The notes under the pieces were generated by a model. The model was not told where the DNA came from. It worked only from the letters and a program-made list of their open reading frames with translations, and made no database searches. The position numbers and the translations under genes were made by a program. This document shows positions 22,412 to 36,190 of a stretch of 64,000 nt of DNA, piece by piece; the stretch's first letter is position 1; each line of letters opens with the position of its first letter. Source of the stretch: Verrucomicrobiota bacterium (GTDB taxonomy: Bacteria > Verrucomicrobiota > Verrucomicrobiia > Limisphaerales > CANJSG01); NCBI GenBank assembly GCA_038209745.1, contig JBBQXJ010000008.1, positions 1 to 64,000 of the forward strand. Direction: 5' to 3'.

Positions 22412-22517
22412 ACAAGGCGGAAAAACTGAACAGCGGGGACCCCGATTGCAATTCCATTTTTTGCAAACCTCAGGACCCGTTGTCCCTGACTCGCGACCCA
22501 AAACAGGCCTCCGAGCG

Positions 22518-23033
22518 TCACACAACCGCCGGATCGTTCAAGACGGCGAAGGCCATCCGTTCCTGGGCCTGTTTCTCCGCGACGGCCCGCCGGAGCCGGT
22601 TCGCCTCGGTGGCGAAGGCTTCGCCCGGATGCAGACCGGCGCTGCGGAGAACGAACTCGGCCAAGCAGGAGGCGACCAGTGAAAAGTGGCGCCGTCGGAA
22701 GTTCCGGATCTCCCCGGCCGGAATTTCGGTCCCGCCTCCCAACCATCGAACCGACGGATTTTCGGCGGCCGCGAGCTGCACCTCCTCTGATCGGAGACAG
22801 CCCCGGGCGTAGCAGTAGGACATCACGCTCAGAAGAATTCCGGCCCGTTCGCGATCCGGCTCCGCCACCCGGGACGGAAAAAGAGGTCGATCCAGAAACT
22901 CCTGCGCCACGCTCGCGGCCAACGCCACGTTCCGCCCATCGGGCACCTCGAACGGCAGGCCCGGGTCATGGGCCGTGCGGTTCCGGGTTGGCATCGAGGC
23001 GGCGGCGTTCATGGGCAATATCTTGGTTGGCAA
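22518..23033 (-). CDS. Stand-alone DUF772-like (IS1182/IS5 transposase N-terminal) helical protein
   Basis: LLSVMSYCYARGCLRSEEVQ..ENPSVRWLGGG..IRNFRRRH resembles the transposase N-terminal domain; no DDE domain follows. Confidence 0.65.
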   Translation of the reverse strand: MPTKILPMNAAASMPTRNRTAHDPGLPFEVPDGRNVALAASVAQEFLDRPLFPSRVAEPDRERAGILLSVMSYCYARGCLRSEEVQLAAAENPSVRWLGGGTEIPAGEIRNFRRRHFSLVASCLAEFVLRSAGLHPGEAFATEANRLRRAVAEKQAQERMAFAVLNDPAVV

Positions 23034-23194
23034 CTAGGACGATCGAGTGACAACCCGGCGACAAGCCCGGGAAAACTCGTGGATTCCAAACGTCCATCGT
23101 CAGTCCATTGATCCACTTGACGCGGCATTCATCCGGGCTGTTAAAATTCTTGGCGCCTCCCCTGAAAGCCATTCCCAAAACACCAAAGCCTACA

Positions 23195-23222
23195 CATCAT
23201 ATCTACGCATCCTGATGCGATG
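23195..23222. promoter_or_regulatory. Candidate palindromic operator upstream of metH
   Basis: CATCATATC-N10-GATGCGATG (7/9 symmetric), 22 nt before the metH start. Confidence 0.35.
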
Positions 23223-23244
23223 ATTTTTATTCTAGCGCAAGCCT

Positions 23245-27201
<3,957 letters not shown>

Positions 27202-27394
27202 ACCTTCGCGGATCGAGTCCGGGAAGCAGGCACCCGACAAGCGGTTTAATCTTGTTGGGCCGCGCCCGGCGTCTCTAGCGTCCGCTCGTGGTTCCATCTC
27301 CATGGTTTGAGGCCCGGCCCGACGCAGATGCAGTCTGCGGTGACAAGCTGCCTGCAACCTGGGGCACAGCAACAATCCGCCCGTAAGCAATCCC

Positions 27395-29146
27395 GTGCAC
27401 ACCGCCACCAAGAACCGTCTCGGACTCTGCGCGGCCCTCGCGCTTTTCTTAACCTCGAGCCAGCCGGGCGCGGCCCAAAACACCACGCCGCGCAGTCTGG
27501 ACGAGTATCGCCGGCACGCCCTGACGCGGCCCGGAGACGCCGCTCGCGGCGCGGCGCTCTTCGCCGACGAGCAGCGTCTCGGCTGCGCCAAGTGCCATTC
27601 GATCGACGGCACGGCGTCCAAAGCCGGTCCGGATCTATCCGCCGCCGGAGACGCCTTTGGCCGGTGGGATCTGGTCGAATCCGTGCTGCTGCCCTCCGCG
27701 AAGATCGCCCCCGGCTACGGCACGGTGACGGTCGAGACGAAGTCCGGCGAGACGATCCAGGGCATTCTCAAGCAGTCCATCGGAAGCGGCATCCAGTTGA
27801 TGGGCGGTGACGGGAAGCTCGTGGCCATCGCCAAAGCCGACATCCTAAAACAGGAAGGCAGCGCCGTCTCGCTCATGCCGGAAGGTCTCCAGGCCGGTTT
27901 GTCGCTCCAGGAATTCACCGACCTCACGGAGTATCTGACCACGCTGAAACAACCGGCGAACGCGCTCATCAGCGATCACGGCATGCCGGCGCTGATTCCC
28001 GAACTGGCCAAGCCGATCGCCGTCCGACCTTTCCTTGACCAGCCTCTCACGATTCCAAAGTCCAAGATCCAGACCGGGCTCACCGCCATGCAGCAGGTGC
28101 CCGGAGTTCCCGACACCTTTCTCGTGCTCCATCAGAAAGGCTTCATCTGGCGGGTGAAGAAAACCGCGAACGGCGAAGAGAAGGCCATCTTCAGCGATCT
28201 CACCCGCGAGGTGTTCAGCGACCGCGGTCCGAACGGTCTGCTCGACCTGGCGTTCCATCCGAAGTTCCGCGAAAACCGGAAGTATTATCTGAAGTATCAG
28301 GTCTTCGAGGACGGCACCGTCGCCACCGTTCTGGAAGAGAAGGAATTCAACGCCGACTTCTCGGCGGATTCCGGTCGACCGGGCCGTCGCCTGATCAAGA
28401 TCGTGAGCGTGGCCGAAGACCACAGCGGCGGCTGTCTGGAGTTTGGACCGGACGGCTTCCTCTACTTCGCGATGGGCGACACCGGTCCGCACAACGATCC
28501 CAACGGCCACGCCCAGAACCTGCAGCTCCTGCTCGGCAAGATGATGCGGATCGACGTCGACCACCAAACCGAAGGCAAGGCCTACGCCATCCCGTCCGAC
28601 AACCCGTTCGTGGGCCGCCCCGACGCACGGCCCGAGATCTGGGCCTACGGTCTCCGCAACCCGTGGCGCTTCTCCTTCGACCGCGTGACCGGCGACCTTT
28701 GGCTGGCGGATGTCGGCCAGGACCGCGTGGAGGAAGTGGACATCATCAAGCGCGGCGGAAACTACGGCTGGAACGTGTTCGAAGGGTATGAACCCTTCTC
28801 GAATCAATACCGGGTCGAGGGCCGGAAGTTCGTTTCGCCCGTGTTCGCCTACCGCCGGAAATACGGGAACTCGGTCACCGGCGGGCTGGTCTATCGCGGC
28901 GACAAGCAGTCGTCCTTCTACGGCGTGTATCTCTGCGGCGACTACACCTCGCGCCGCATCTTCGGCGTCACCCAGGAGAACGGCGTTCTTAAAACCGTCC
29001 ACCAGATCGGCTCGCTCCCCCAAGGCCAAGGACTCGTCTCGTTCACCGCCGACGAGGCGGGCAATCTCTATGCGGTCGGCTACGAGGGCATGATCTTCAA
29101 GCTGGATTTCACCGGCTCGCGCTTCGACGAACTCAAAGCCGACTAA
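27395..29146 (+). CDS. Heme c domain fused to a glucose/sorbosone (PQQ-type) dehydrogenase beta-propeller
   Basis: Signal peptide; GDAARGAALF..CAKCH..GPDL..SLMPEGL; GLLDLAFHP, FGPDGFLY, GLRNPWRFSFD, GGNYGW. Confidence 0.88.
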   Translation: MHTATKNRLGLCAALALFLTSSQPGAAQNTTPRSLDEYRRHALTRPGDAARGAALFADEQRLGCAKCHSIDGTASKAGPDLSAAGDAFGRWDLVESVLLPSAKIAPGYGTVTVETKSGETIQGILKQSIGSGIQLMGGDGKLVAIAKADILKQEGSAVSLMPEGLQAGLSLQEFTDLTEYLTTLKQPANALISDHGMPALIPELAKPIAVRPFLDQPLTIPKSKIQTGLTAMQQVPGVPDTFLVLHQKGFIWRVKKTANGEEKAIFSDLTREVFSDRGPNGLLDLAFHPKFRENRKYYLKYQVFEDGTVATVLEEKEFNADFSADSGRPGRRLIKIVSVAEDHSGGCLEFGPDGFLYFAMGDTGPHNDPNGHAQNLQLLLGKMMRIDVDHQTEGKAYAIPSDNPFVGRPDARPEIWAYGLRNPWRFSFDRVTGDLWLADVGQDRVEEVDIIKRGGNYGWNVFEGYEPFSNQYRVEGRKFVSPVFAYRRKYGNSVTGGLVYRGDKQSSFYGVYLCGDYTSRRIFGVTQENGVLKTVHQIGSLPQGQGLVSFTADEAGNLYAVGYEGMIFKLDFTGSRFDELKAD

Positions 29147-29592
29147 ACGTCCCGCGACTGCGGCGAGACAAGCTCCTGGGAGAGGATCGTCTTGTTCCGG
29201 CCGGCTCCGAAGACCCCGCTCCACAGGTTCCAGCCTTTGGAGCGAGGTCTTCGGAGCTGGGTCCTCATTTGGCGGCTTCGGACCGTTCTCCCGAGCTTGG
29301 ACCCGGGCGGGTCCAGCTCTCTCCGCTCGGGAGTGCGCTTGGAGGCGGGAACGGGTTCGGCAACGCCATTGTCGCGCGGCAAGCGACCTGCGTTTGAATG
29401 GCTACCCCACCTTGAAGATCGTTCGGAGATCGCGGCCGAGATTGAACCAGGATCTGCAAGGATTTCTGCCTGTTCGATGGCGTCCCATCTACTCGTGGTC
29501 CGCTTCCTCGGAGTTGTCTCGCCGGTTCCTGCAATTGCTCCTCCCGCCGACAAACCACTTTCGGAAAGACCACGCCAGTTCTTCTCCCCGGA

Positions 29593-31845
29593 TCACTTCT
29601 CGCGAGTCTTGACGGTGAAGCCGCGAGCATTGACGGGCACGCTGGTCCCATCGGAAAACCGAACGGTCCTGGCGCCATCGGTCAGGCTGTAGACGACGTA
29701 GGAGAGTCGCGATCCACGACGGAAGACGACGGCCATCGGCTCGGTCCCGGTGATCGATGGATCGGGTGCGCCGAGACGTTCAAGATTCGTGATCCAGTGG
29801 CGGGTGTTCACCCACGAATTGCCGTCTTCGAGCCTCGTGTTCGAAGGCGCGGCATCAAGCAGGCGACGGGCATCCGCCGGATCGCTGAACGCGCGATACA
29901 TCCAGACGAGGTCGGGCCAGTTGTCCCATTGATCCCCGCCGTGCTCGGCCACCAAGGCTGCGTAGTTCTTCGCCGCATAGCCGGGAAAATGCCCGAGGTA
30001 GAGCGAACCGCCGTGGATGGGCAGCCAGTTGATCCCGTGCACGAGCTGCGGATCGGCGGTGAACCAGGTGCCGTTCGCACCTTTGCCTCCCCAGATCATG
30101 GTCACGACGGAGGGGGTGTAGTCGCGGGGATGGTTCTCGTTCCACACGTCGAACCAATACTCCTGGATGGCCTGCATCTCGGTCGTGTAGAGCCAGACAC
30201 CGAGGTCGCGGAGGCGGGTGTTGCCCGTGGCCTCGCCCCACAGGACCAGTCCCGACCATGCGTTCATGGCCTCGGAGGAAGATTCATTGTTGTTGCCGTC
30301 CGCAAACTGGGCGGGGCCACTGGCCCACGAATGCCCGGCGTAAGGATCGAAACACCGGAGAAACGGAAACAGCGGGTCGCTCCGCTCGGATGCGGCGATG
30401 TCCCGGATCAAAAGTTCCACCATGCCGCCCCAGCGATCGGACCGGGCCCACTCCGGATCCTCCCGGGCGATCTCGGCGGCGGCCTTGATGAAGTAGCCGT
30501 AGTGGAAGTAGTGGTCGTTCAGCTCACGATCCGACCCGAAGCTCGCCGGATAGCCGATTAACGTGCCCCAGTTCCGATCATAGCCGAACCACGCGCCTGC
30601 TTTCGGTTTTCCGTTGGGGGCCTTGGCCGAGAACCAATCCTCCAAAACCCCGCGAACCCGCGCCCGCACGGCGGCCGTTTCGGGCAGCCCGTATTGCTCG
30701 GTGATGGGAAGGAGCGTCGCGAGCCGGCCCAACTGTTTGCCCACCCAGTAAGTGTCGCGCCCGTCGCCTCCGGGGCGGGCCAGATCGACGGCGAAATCGC
30801 GGACCATCGTGTCCCGGTCCGTTCCGCCCACATCGGGCAGCGCCGGAAGAATCCCGGTGAACCGCGTCCGCGTGGCGAACGAAGAGCCGGCAGCCAGCTT
30901 CAGCGCCCCGCGCACGGAACGGTAGCCGAGCGGAAGCAGCGCGGTGCCGGTGTTTCTCCATTGGTGCGGATACAGGGCGAAGAGCGTTCCGCGCTCGTCG
31001 CCTTCGCGGGCCACGGTCTCAAAATCGAACCGGGTCGTCACCGCCGCCGAAGCCGGATCGTAGCTCCACGACACCTTGGTTCCGACCACGTGGGCGTGGG
31101 CGTGCCGCGCGAACAGTTCGAGCGTGGCAGTGGCGCCGTCAGGAAGCACGGCCACGCTGAAGTAACCCTTTCCCTTGGTGTCGCAGGAAAGCGTCCGCGT
31201 TCCGAGACCGCTCCAGGTCGAGCCCGACGGCGCGAACAGTCCGTAGCGCCGACCGTGGATGTTCACGCCGAGAGTCGGCGAATGGTCGTCACCGACCATC
31301 ACCGACGGGGCGGACCCGAAGGTCAGCCGCGGTTCCCCGCCCTGATAGACCGCATAGACGTAGGGTGAGCCGTGACCATAGGAGACGCGCAGCGCCGCGT
31401 CGTTCGTCGCGAATCGCAGATCCACGAACCAATCGCTGGATCCATCCACCAGCGGTCTCGGAAAATGGTCCACCGCCGAATGACCGAGGACGAAGTCTTC
31501 CTTTCCGCCCGCCATGGAACCGTAGATGGCCGCTTTGTCCGAACGGATCGAGGGCCCAGGATAGTAGATCCGCAGGCCCTCCGGCTCGGTCTTCACCGCC
31601 AAAGGATGGGGATACTGCGGAAAGGATTCACCCGGCCAGGCAGCGGACGACCACCAGTCGTTCGACGGCATCGGACCCCTGACTCTCTCCGTGCGGAGAA
31701 TCGTCCCGGGAGGACCCTTCGCGCCCATGGGCAGGTCCCTCGTGTAGCTGCCGGCCCCAAGGTCCACTTGCTCCGCCTGGAGCAACCCCGTAAAGACGAC
31801 CAAAACCCAGAGTCCGCTGAAGAAGACCGATTTTGAAGGTTTCAC
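29593..31845 (-). CDS. GH81 endo-1,3-beta-glucanase
   Basis: NDHYFHYGYF, RCFDPYAGHSWASG, NNESSSEAMNAW, HGINWLP. Probable GTG start overlaps the upstream stop (GTGA). Confidence 0.88.
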   Translation of the reverse strand: MKPSKSVFFSGLWVLVVFTGLLQAEQVDLGAGSYTRDLPMGAKGPPGTILRTERVRGPMPSNDWWSSAAWPGESFPQYPHPLAVKTEPEGLRIYYPGPSIRSDKAAIYGSMAGGKEDFVLGHSAVDHFPRPLVDGSSDWFVDLRFATNDAALRVSYGHGSPYVYAVYQGGEPRLTFGSAPSVMVGDDHSPTLGVNIHGRRYGLFAPSGSTWSGLGTRTLSCDTKGKGYFSVAVLPDGATATLELFARHAHAHVVGTKVSWSYDPASAAVTTRFDFETVAREGDERGTLFALYPHQWRNTGTALLPLGYRSVRGALKLAAGSSFATRTRFTGILPALPDVGGTDRDTMVRDFAVDLARPGGDGRDTYWVGKQLGRLATLLPITEQYGLPETAAVRARVRGVLEDWFSAKAPNGKPKAGAWFGYDRNWGTLIGYPASFGSDRELNDHYFHYGYFIKAAAEIAREDPEWARSDRWGGMVELLIRDIAASERSDPLFPFLRCFDPYAGHSWASGPAQFADGNNNESSSEAMNAWSGLVLWGEATGNTRLRDLGVWLYTTEMQAIQEYWFDVWNENHPRDYTPSVVTMIWGGKGANGTWFTADPQLVHGINWLPIHGGSLYLGHFPGYAAKNYAALVAEHGGDQWDNWPDLVWMYRAFSDPADARRLLDAAPSNTRLEDGNSWVNTRHWITNLERLGAPDPSITGTEPMAVVFRRGSRLSYVVYSLTDGARTVRFSDGTSVPVNARGFTVKTREK

Positions 31846-32741
31846 TTCCTGACGAGAAGCCCGCTGCTCCGCATCCAATCAGCGACCCGATCAGGCCACG
31901 TGGTGACTTCCTGTTCGGTGCGACGAAGGCCGTAGCCGTGGCCGCCGGTGGGATAGAGATGCATGGAGGCGGGAACCTTGGCGTCTTTCAGCGCCTTGAA
32001 ATAGACGAGCGCATTCTCGGCCTTCACCGGATCGTCCTCGGCCATGGCGATGAAGGTCGGCGGCGTGTTGCTGGTCACGGTCATTTCCGGAGCAAGAATT
32101 TCGCCCTGGTTGTCCTTGGTCAGATAGGCGGGATAGATCAGCACCGAAAAGTCGGGCCGGCAGGATTCCTTGTCCGCCCCGTCCACCACGGGGTAGGTGC
32201 GGACCTGAAAGGTGTTGCTCAGGGCGGCGGCGAGATGTCCTCCAGCCGAAAAACCGAGCACTCCAATCCGACGGGGATCGATGCCCAGCTCCTTCGCCCG
32301 ATGACGGACCAGGCCCATGGCCCGCTGGGCATCCTGCAACGGCGCGGCGTGCGGCGGCAGGCCTTCGCGGCGCGGAACGCGGTATTTCAGGAGCACGCCC
32401 GTGACGCCGACGGAATTGAGCCACTCGCAGACCTCGGTGCCCTCCAGATCCATCGCCAAGATGTGATAGCCGCCGCCGGGACAGACGAGAACCGCCGCAC
32501 CGGTGTCCTTCTCCGGGGCCGGTTTGTAGACGGCCAGCGTCGGCGTGGAGACGTTGCCGAGCCGGATGAGCCGGCGGCCCGCCACGAAGTCCTCGGTCGG
32601 CTTGGTCAGGTCGGCCTCTTCGGCCATTCCACCTTTCTCGCCCGGCGCCGTCTCCGGCCAGAGGCGCTCCGGTTTCGGTTCGGCGGCACCGAGGCGCAGC
32701 GTGATGATCAGCGATCCGAGCAGGGCGAGACGGCGGTTCAT
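31842..32741 (-). CDS. Secreted alpha/beta hydrolase (carbohydrate esterase-like)
   Basis: CPGGGY, GFSAGG nucleophile, EDDPV, GGHGYG; signal peptide. Confidence 0.88.
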   Translation of the reverse strand: MNRRLALLGSLIITLRLGAAEPKPERLWPETAPGEKGGMAEEADLTKPTEDFVAGRRLIRLGNVSTPTLAVYKPAPEKDTGAAVLVCPGGGYHILAMDLEGTEVCEWLNSVGVTGVLLKYRVPRREGLPPHAAPLQDAQRAMGLVRHRAKELGIDPRRIGVLGFSAGGHLAAALSNTFQVRTYPVVDGADKESCRPDFSVLIYPAYLTKDNQGEILAPEMTVTSNTPPTFIAMAEDDPVKAENALVYFKALKDAKVPASMHLYPTGGHGYGLRRTEQEVTTWPDRVADWMRSSGLLVRK

Positions 32742-32754
32742 AGTTTGGAGACGA

Positions 32755-35700
32755 TCACTTTTTGGAGGCCTTGTTCAACCGTTCGAGGTAGTCGAGGAGC
32801 GAGGCGAAATCGGAGACCGTCAGCGGTGCGACCAGGCCTTCGGGCATGAGCGACTTCTCCAGTTTCTCGCGCTTGGCGACATCGGCGACCTTCACCTGAA
32901 CCTCCTGGGCGGCGACGTTGCGGAGAGTCACCACGTCGGCCGCTTCCCGCACCACGAAGCCTTCGATCTCGTCGCCGTTCTTCATCTCGAAATGCTGGGT
33001 GACGAAGCCCTGGGCGATGGTCTTGTTCGGCATGAGAATGGCCTCGGCCAGTTCCCGACGCGGATAGACGGAGGCGATGTTGCCGAGGAACGGACCCTTC
33101 AGCGGCTCGTCGGTCGTCACGGTGTGGCAGGCGACGCAGCCCACTTGGGTGAAGAGCTGTTCACCCCGGTTCGCGTCGCCCTTGGTCATCATCACGGCCG
33201 CCACGACGTCGGCCACTTTCATGTCCTGGATGTGGGGTGCCTTCGCTTCGGCGCGGAACTTGTCGGGATTGATCCGCAACTGGTCGATCGTCTGTTTCGC
33301 GGCTTTGGCCACGTCTTGGTTCGGATCGTCGAGTGCGGCCACGAACTGGGCGGCCCGGCTGGTGTCGCGGGCCTCGGCGGCGGCCTTGAGGATCTGGATG
33401 CGACGCTTGGGTTCCGACCAGCCGGCATCGAGTGCCTTGCTGGCGGCTTCACGGGCTTCGGGCGCACCGACCTTGCGGCCGGACAGACGGAGCAACATCA
33501 CGTCGGCGAGCTCGGACGCGTCTCCGTTCAGCTTGGCGGCTTCCTCCGCGAAGACCGCGTGGACCTGGTCGAGCCCGTTGGCGCCGAAGACGGCGCTCTT
33601 CGTTTTGGCGGCGAGATTGTTCTCGGTGCGCGTCGCCTGCACGAGCGGGTAGCCCGCGAGGATGGCGCTCCACGCGTCCGGACTGGAGGTCTTGGCGAGC
33701 GCGATCACGGCCTGGGCGCGAATGGCGTCGGACGTGTCCTGGGCCCGGGCCGTCCGGGCCAGCAGCGGAACGGCGCTCGCAGGCACGGAGTCGGCGTCGG
33801 CCAACTGGGCGGCAATGGCGGGCAAAAGGCTGGCGTCCTTTTCGGCGCGGGCGATGAGCGTGTCGATGGCGTCGCCGGCGGGGATGCGGTTGAGGGCCAT
33901 TTCACGGCCGATGAGCGCGGCCTCCTTCGAGTCCGCCTTGTCGAGCGCGGCCTTGAGCGTGGAGCCGATCTTGGCGGTCTCGCTCCACGGATCCGGCTGG
34001 TAATAGGGCCCACGCGTGTCGGGCCGGGTGCCCCAGGAATCACCTTTCCACTCACCGTCGACGAAGTGCAGCCGGCAGAGCGCGGAGATCAATCCTTCGC
34101 GACGGGTCGCGTCGGTCTCCTTGTTCAATCGTGCGATCAATCCGTCCACCACGGCCGGAGTGTGCAGCGTCTGGAGGACTTGCAGCGCGCCGGCGCGGAC
34201 CTCGGCGGAACTTTTCTTCGAATCGACCGCCGCCAAGCAAACGTCGTCCGCTTGAAGACGCATCAGGGCCTGGACCGCGGTGCGGGAGATGACCGGATCG
34301 GCGTCGCCGAGCAATGGCACCAAGGCCTTGGCCTGCGCCACGTCTCCCAGGCGCCCGACCGCCACGACGGCTTCTTTGCGGGTGCGGGCGTCGGTGGATT
34401 TCAGCGCGGCGAGGATCGGTTTGGCGGGAACGCCCTTCAATTCATCGGCCCGATCGGTCAGGGCCCGGATAGCCCAGGGAGCGATGGATGGATTCGCGGC
34501 GAGCTTGACCAAGGGCTGGATCGCGGCCGCCCCCAGGGCCTGCTTGAGCGCGAAGACCGCCGCCACACGGGTCGCGAGCGGCTTGGAAGAATTGCCGGCC
34601 ACAGACTCCAACAGGGCGGCCACGGTCTTGTCCACACCGCGACGCAGCAAGGTGCGTTGCGCTTCGAGGCGACGGCGCGCGCTGGGCGAATCAAGCAGGC
34701 CGACGAGCTGGGAAGGAGTCGCTTTGGCGAAGTCCGGCAGCGGCTCCGGATGATAGCCGGTCGGCGTCAAGCGGACGAGGAAGCCGACGTCCAGACCGAC
34801 CCAGGTGAACGAGGCCCCCTTCCAACTGGCCGCATAGATCGCGCTGTTGGCATCCACGTCGATGTCGGTCACGCGGTCGAGCCGGAGAAACTCCTCCTGG
34901 GTGACTTTGAACGTGGCGCCGTCGGGGGTGAGACCGTGGTGATAGACCCAGCCGCGGCCCCAGTCGTCGGTGAACGGAGCGTTGTTCCATTTGGCCGGGA
35001 TGCCGGGTTCATCGATCCACGCGGCACCGCAGCCGGCACCGCCACCATAGTCGGCCAGAGGTTCGATGAATTCCCCGGGGAAATTCTTGAAGAGGCGCGG
35101 ATACCCGTGCTGCGTCAGGCCGGAGAAGTGGTGGAAGCGAACGTCCCATCCGCCGCCGTCATTGGTGTTGTCACGGGCGAAGATGTCGAGCAACGGGCTG
35201 ACCGCCGCTTCCAGGATGTTGCGGGTGCCCATCGCGTAGAGCTCGAGGCCGGAACCATCGGGCCGGAAACGAACCACCCCGCCTCCCCGCAGCTGAAGCT
35301 TTCTGCCGTCCGTTCCTTCGGCGTGCATGAAGCCGAAGTCGCCGATGGCGGCGTAGATCCAGCCGTCGATGCCCAGTTCCAGGCCGTTCGACGAATGGTC
35401 GGCGGGCCGGTCCTTGAAGTCGAAGGCGATGCCCTTGATGAGGACTTTGCTCTCGTCGGCCACGCCGTCGCCGTCGTTGTCGATGAAGACGCTGATGTTG
35501 GGCGGATGCATCAGGTAGAGGCGGTCATGGTCCCAGACGAGGCCGCGCGGTGAAACGACGTCCGGCACGAAGGCTTTCACCTCGTCGGCTTGACCATCGC
35601 CGTTCGTATCGCGGACGCGAAGAACACGGCCGAGATGCTCCTTCCGGTCGAGCGATCCGTTGCCGTCGCTGGAGACGTAGAGCGTGCCGTCGGGCGCGGC

Positions 35701-35991
35701 TGCGATGAAGACGGGATAGTTCACCGCCGGCGGCGTGGCGAAGATGGTGGCGGTGAATCCTTCGGGCACCTTCACTTCCTTGATCAATTGCGCGGCCTTT
35801 TCCGGCAGCACGCCCGGGAGTTTGGCGAGTTGTTCCGGAGTAGGCTGCGCGTCCTTCGAGAGGAACGGGAACTGTTCGAGGATCGAGCCTCCCCCACGCT
35901 GCGCCAATCCGGTCAGCGGAAAGAGCGCGGCGAATGCGGACGCCAAAACAAACGGAGCCTTAAAAGCACGGGAATGCGAACGAATAGCCAT
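32755..35991 (-). CDS. PVC-type membrane-bound dehydrogenase: beta-propeller, HEAT repeats, heme c domain
   Basis: DTNGDGQAD, GIDGWIY, GTRN; HEAT-like helical repeats; GDANRGEQLF..CVACH..SLMPEGL. Start placed at MAIRSH. Confidence 0.87.
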   Translation of the reverse strand: MAIRSHSRAFKAPFVLASAFAALFPLTGLAQRGGGSILEQFPFLSKDAQPTPEQLAKLPGVLPEKAAQLIKEVKVPEGFTATIFATPPAVNYPVFIAAAPDGTLYVSSDGNGSLDRKEHLGRVLRVRDTNGDGQADEVKAFVPDVVSPRGLVWDHDRLYLMHPPNISVFIDNDGDGVADESKVLIKGIAFDFKDRPADHSSNGLELGIDGWIYAAIGDFGFMHAEGTDGRKLQLRGGGVVRFRPDGSGLELYAMGTRNILEAAVSPLLDIFARDNTNDGGGWDVRFHHFSGLTQHGYPRLFKNFPGEFIEPLADYGGGAGCGAAWIDEPGIPAKWNNAPFTDDWGRGWVYHHGLTPDGATFKVTQEEFLRLDRVTDIDVDANSAIYAASWKGASFTWVGLDVGFLVRLTPTGYHPEPLPDFAKATPSQLVGLLDSPSARRRLEAQRTLLRRGVDKTVAALLESVAGNSSKPLATRVAAVFALKQALGAAAIQPLVKLAANPSIAPWAIRALTDRADELKGVPAKPILAALKSTDARTRKEAVVAVGRLGDVAQAKALVPLLGDADPVISRTAVQALMRLQADDVCLAAVDSKKSSAEVRAGALQVLQTLHTPAVVDGLIARLNKETDATRREGLISALCRLHFVDGEWKGDSWGTRPDTRGPYYQPDPWSETAKIGSTLKAALDKADSKEAALIGREMALNRIPAGDAIDTLIARAEKDASLLPAIAAQLADADSVPASAVPLLARTARAQDTSDAIRAQAVIALAKTSSPDAWSAILAGYPLVQATRTENNLAAKTKSAVFGANGLDQVHAVFAEEAAKLNGDASELADVMLLRLSGRKVGAPEAREAASKALDAGWSEPKRRIQILKAAAEARDTSRAAQFVAALDDPNQDVAKAAKQTIDQLRINPDKFRAEAKAPHIQDMKVADVVAAVMMTKGDANRGEQLFTQVGCVACHTVTTDEPLKGPFLGNIASVYPRRELAEAILMPNKTIAQGFVTQHFEMKNGDEIEGFVVREAADVVTLRNVAAQEVQVKVADVAKREKLEKSLMPEGLVAPLTVSDFASLLDYLERLNKASKK

Positions 35992-36190
35992 GGGATGGTG
36001 TGTTACGAAGAGCATGGAAAAGCCGGCTGCCCCGAGCAACGCCGCGTTTCATGATTCGTCAGGCTTTCCGCAGGGCTGACGGATCGGCCCGAACGTCGGT
36101 GCGACTCGAAGTTCTCGAATGGCCTCGCGGCGCGGCCCCAAAGAAGAAGCCCGTTTCCCCCAAGGGCGCAGTCCGCCAAACCGTCGGGAC

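Noticed and set aside
23034..23244. Cobalamin or SAM riboswitch upstream of metH
   Set aside because: No B12-box or SAM-I core recognisable; the region is short and shared with a divergent gene
29147..29592. 446-nt gap between convergent genes containing several short ORFs
   Set aside because: No ORF has a credible composition or motif, and no clear RNA structure
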